DNA of 5,316 nucleotides from a virus, in IMG/VR virus record IMGVR_UViG_3300022758_000038. The stretch is one strand, 5' to 3'. This document shows, one piece after another, positions 4,799 through 5,316 of the stretch. The first letter of the stretch is position 1. Each line of letters begins with the position of its first letter. The notes below the pieces were generated by a model, which made no database searches, was not told the DNA's origin, and saw only the letters and a list, made by a program, of their open reading frames with translations. The position numbers and the translations under genes were made by a program.

Positions 4799-5316
4799 TG
4801 ATGTTCCGTACTGCCGCTCAGGCTATTGAGGATCACCCCCGGGTTAATATTAACCCGGGGGATCCTGATAAGGTCCTTTACTCCCCTTCCTTTGACTCCT
4901 CTGGTCATATGGAGCTTAAAGAGGTTGGTAAGGAGTCCCTTTATCAGTTTATTCAGTCCCACAAGGAAAGTACTGATATTCGTGTCATTCTTGCCCGCTT
5001 TACCGCTGGTGATACTACCGCTCTTGCTAAGCGTCAAATGTTCTATGCCGATCTGACGGAGTTTCCTACCACCTATGCTGATGTGGTTAATACTATGCAT
5101 GGTGCTGAGGATTATTTTACTCATCTTCCCGTTGAGGTTCGTGCTAAGTTTGGTCATGATTTTAACAAGTTCTTGGCCTCTCTTGATAACCCCCAGACCC
5201 TTGTTGATCTTGGAATTGTCAGTTCTCAGAGTCCAATATCCTCTGATCAACTTCCCTCCGAGCCCCTGACGCCTGCTCAGAAGCCCCCGGAGGTACAAAC
5301 CCCTAGCCCTGCTGAA
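4798..5316 (+). CDS. VP3: Putative internal scaffolding-like protein VP3, assigned by position and size. It is 177 aa in total. This is the N-terminal part, which runs off the window end and finishes at 2..142.
   Basis: The frame is open from ATG 4798 through the window end and continues across the circular junction to TAA 140..142, directly upstream of VP1. That is the position VP3 occupies in gokushoviruses, as I recall the phiMH2K-type gene order. It has a proline-rich C-terminal tail. Confidence 0.5.
   Translation, partial: MMFRTAAQAIEDHPRVNINPGDPDKVLYSPSFDSSGHMELKEVGKESLYQFIQSHKESTDIRVILARFTAGDTTALAKRQMFYADLTEFPTTYADVVNTMHGAEDYFTHLPVEVRAKFGHDFNKFLASLDNPQTLVDLGIVSSQSPISSDQLPSEPLTPAQKPPEVQTPSPAE
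4836..4861. repeat. 26-bp perfect palindrome CCCCCGGGTTAAT|ATTAACCCGGGGG. As ssDNA it would form a GC-clamped hairpin with an AT-rich TTAATATTAA loop. It is a candidate origin or packaging stem-loop.
   Basis: Bases 4836..4848 are the exact reverse complement of 4849..4861. The element lies inside the N-terminal coding region of the 4798 ORF, where it encodes HPRVNINPGD. Confidence 0.7.

Noticed and set aside
1-5316. A search for a CRISPR array, tRNA, rRNA, or integrase/transposase.
   Set aside because: There are no regularly spaced direct repeats, no cloverleaf-compatible segment and no ORF with recombinase-like size or motifs. The window is fully accounted for by a compact microvirus genome.

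Overview
The window is a complete circular ssDNA phage genome of the family Microviridae, organised like the Gokushovirinae, linearised with a terminal overlap. Bases 1..127 are identical to 5190..5316, so the unit genome is 5189 nt. All genes sit on the + strand, which is typical of microviruses. Gene order, starting from the major capsid protein: VP1 major capsid (143..1828; N-terminus carries the gokushovirus KTTFNAGQVIPFYVDEVLPGDTF signature); an intrinsic terminator; VP2 minor capsid/DNA pilot protein (1888..2784); a GC-rich hairpin; a near-consensus sigma70-type promoter with an extended -10; a 35-aa very hydrophobic mini-ORF (2881..2988); VP4 rolling-circle replication initiator (non-ATG start, ends 4078), carrying motif I FATITY, the HUH motif HYHAILFG and catalytic YxxxY(TA)K; a 59-aa acidic ORF; a 36-aa Lys/Arg-rich VP8/J-like DNA-binding protein; then a chain of three translationally coupled ORFs of 81, 50 and 177 aa, the last wrapping around the window end, whose stop abuts the VP1 ATG. 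Strong GGAGG-type Shine-Dalgarno sites precede almost every gene, which argues for a host with canonical SD usage. The most notable unexplained signals are the 26-bp perfect GC-clamped palindrome with a TTAATATTAAC core inside the putative VP3 gene, which is a candidate rolling-circle origin, and the promoter-driven hydrophobic mini-ORF, which is a candidate single-gene lysis or membrane protein. No tRNA, rRNA, CRISPR or transposon signals are present. Minus-strand ORFs and hydrophobic alternate-frame + ORFs are judged compositional artefacts.
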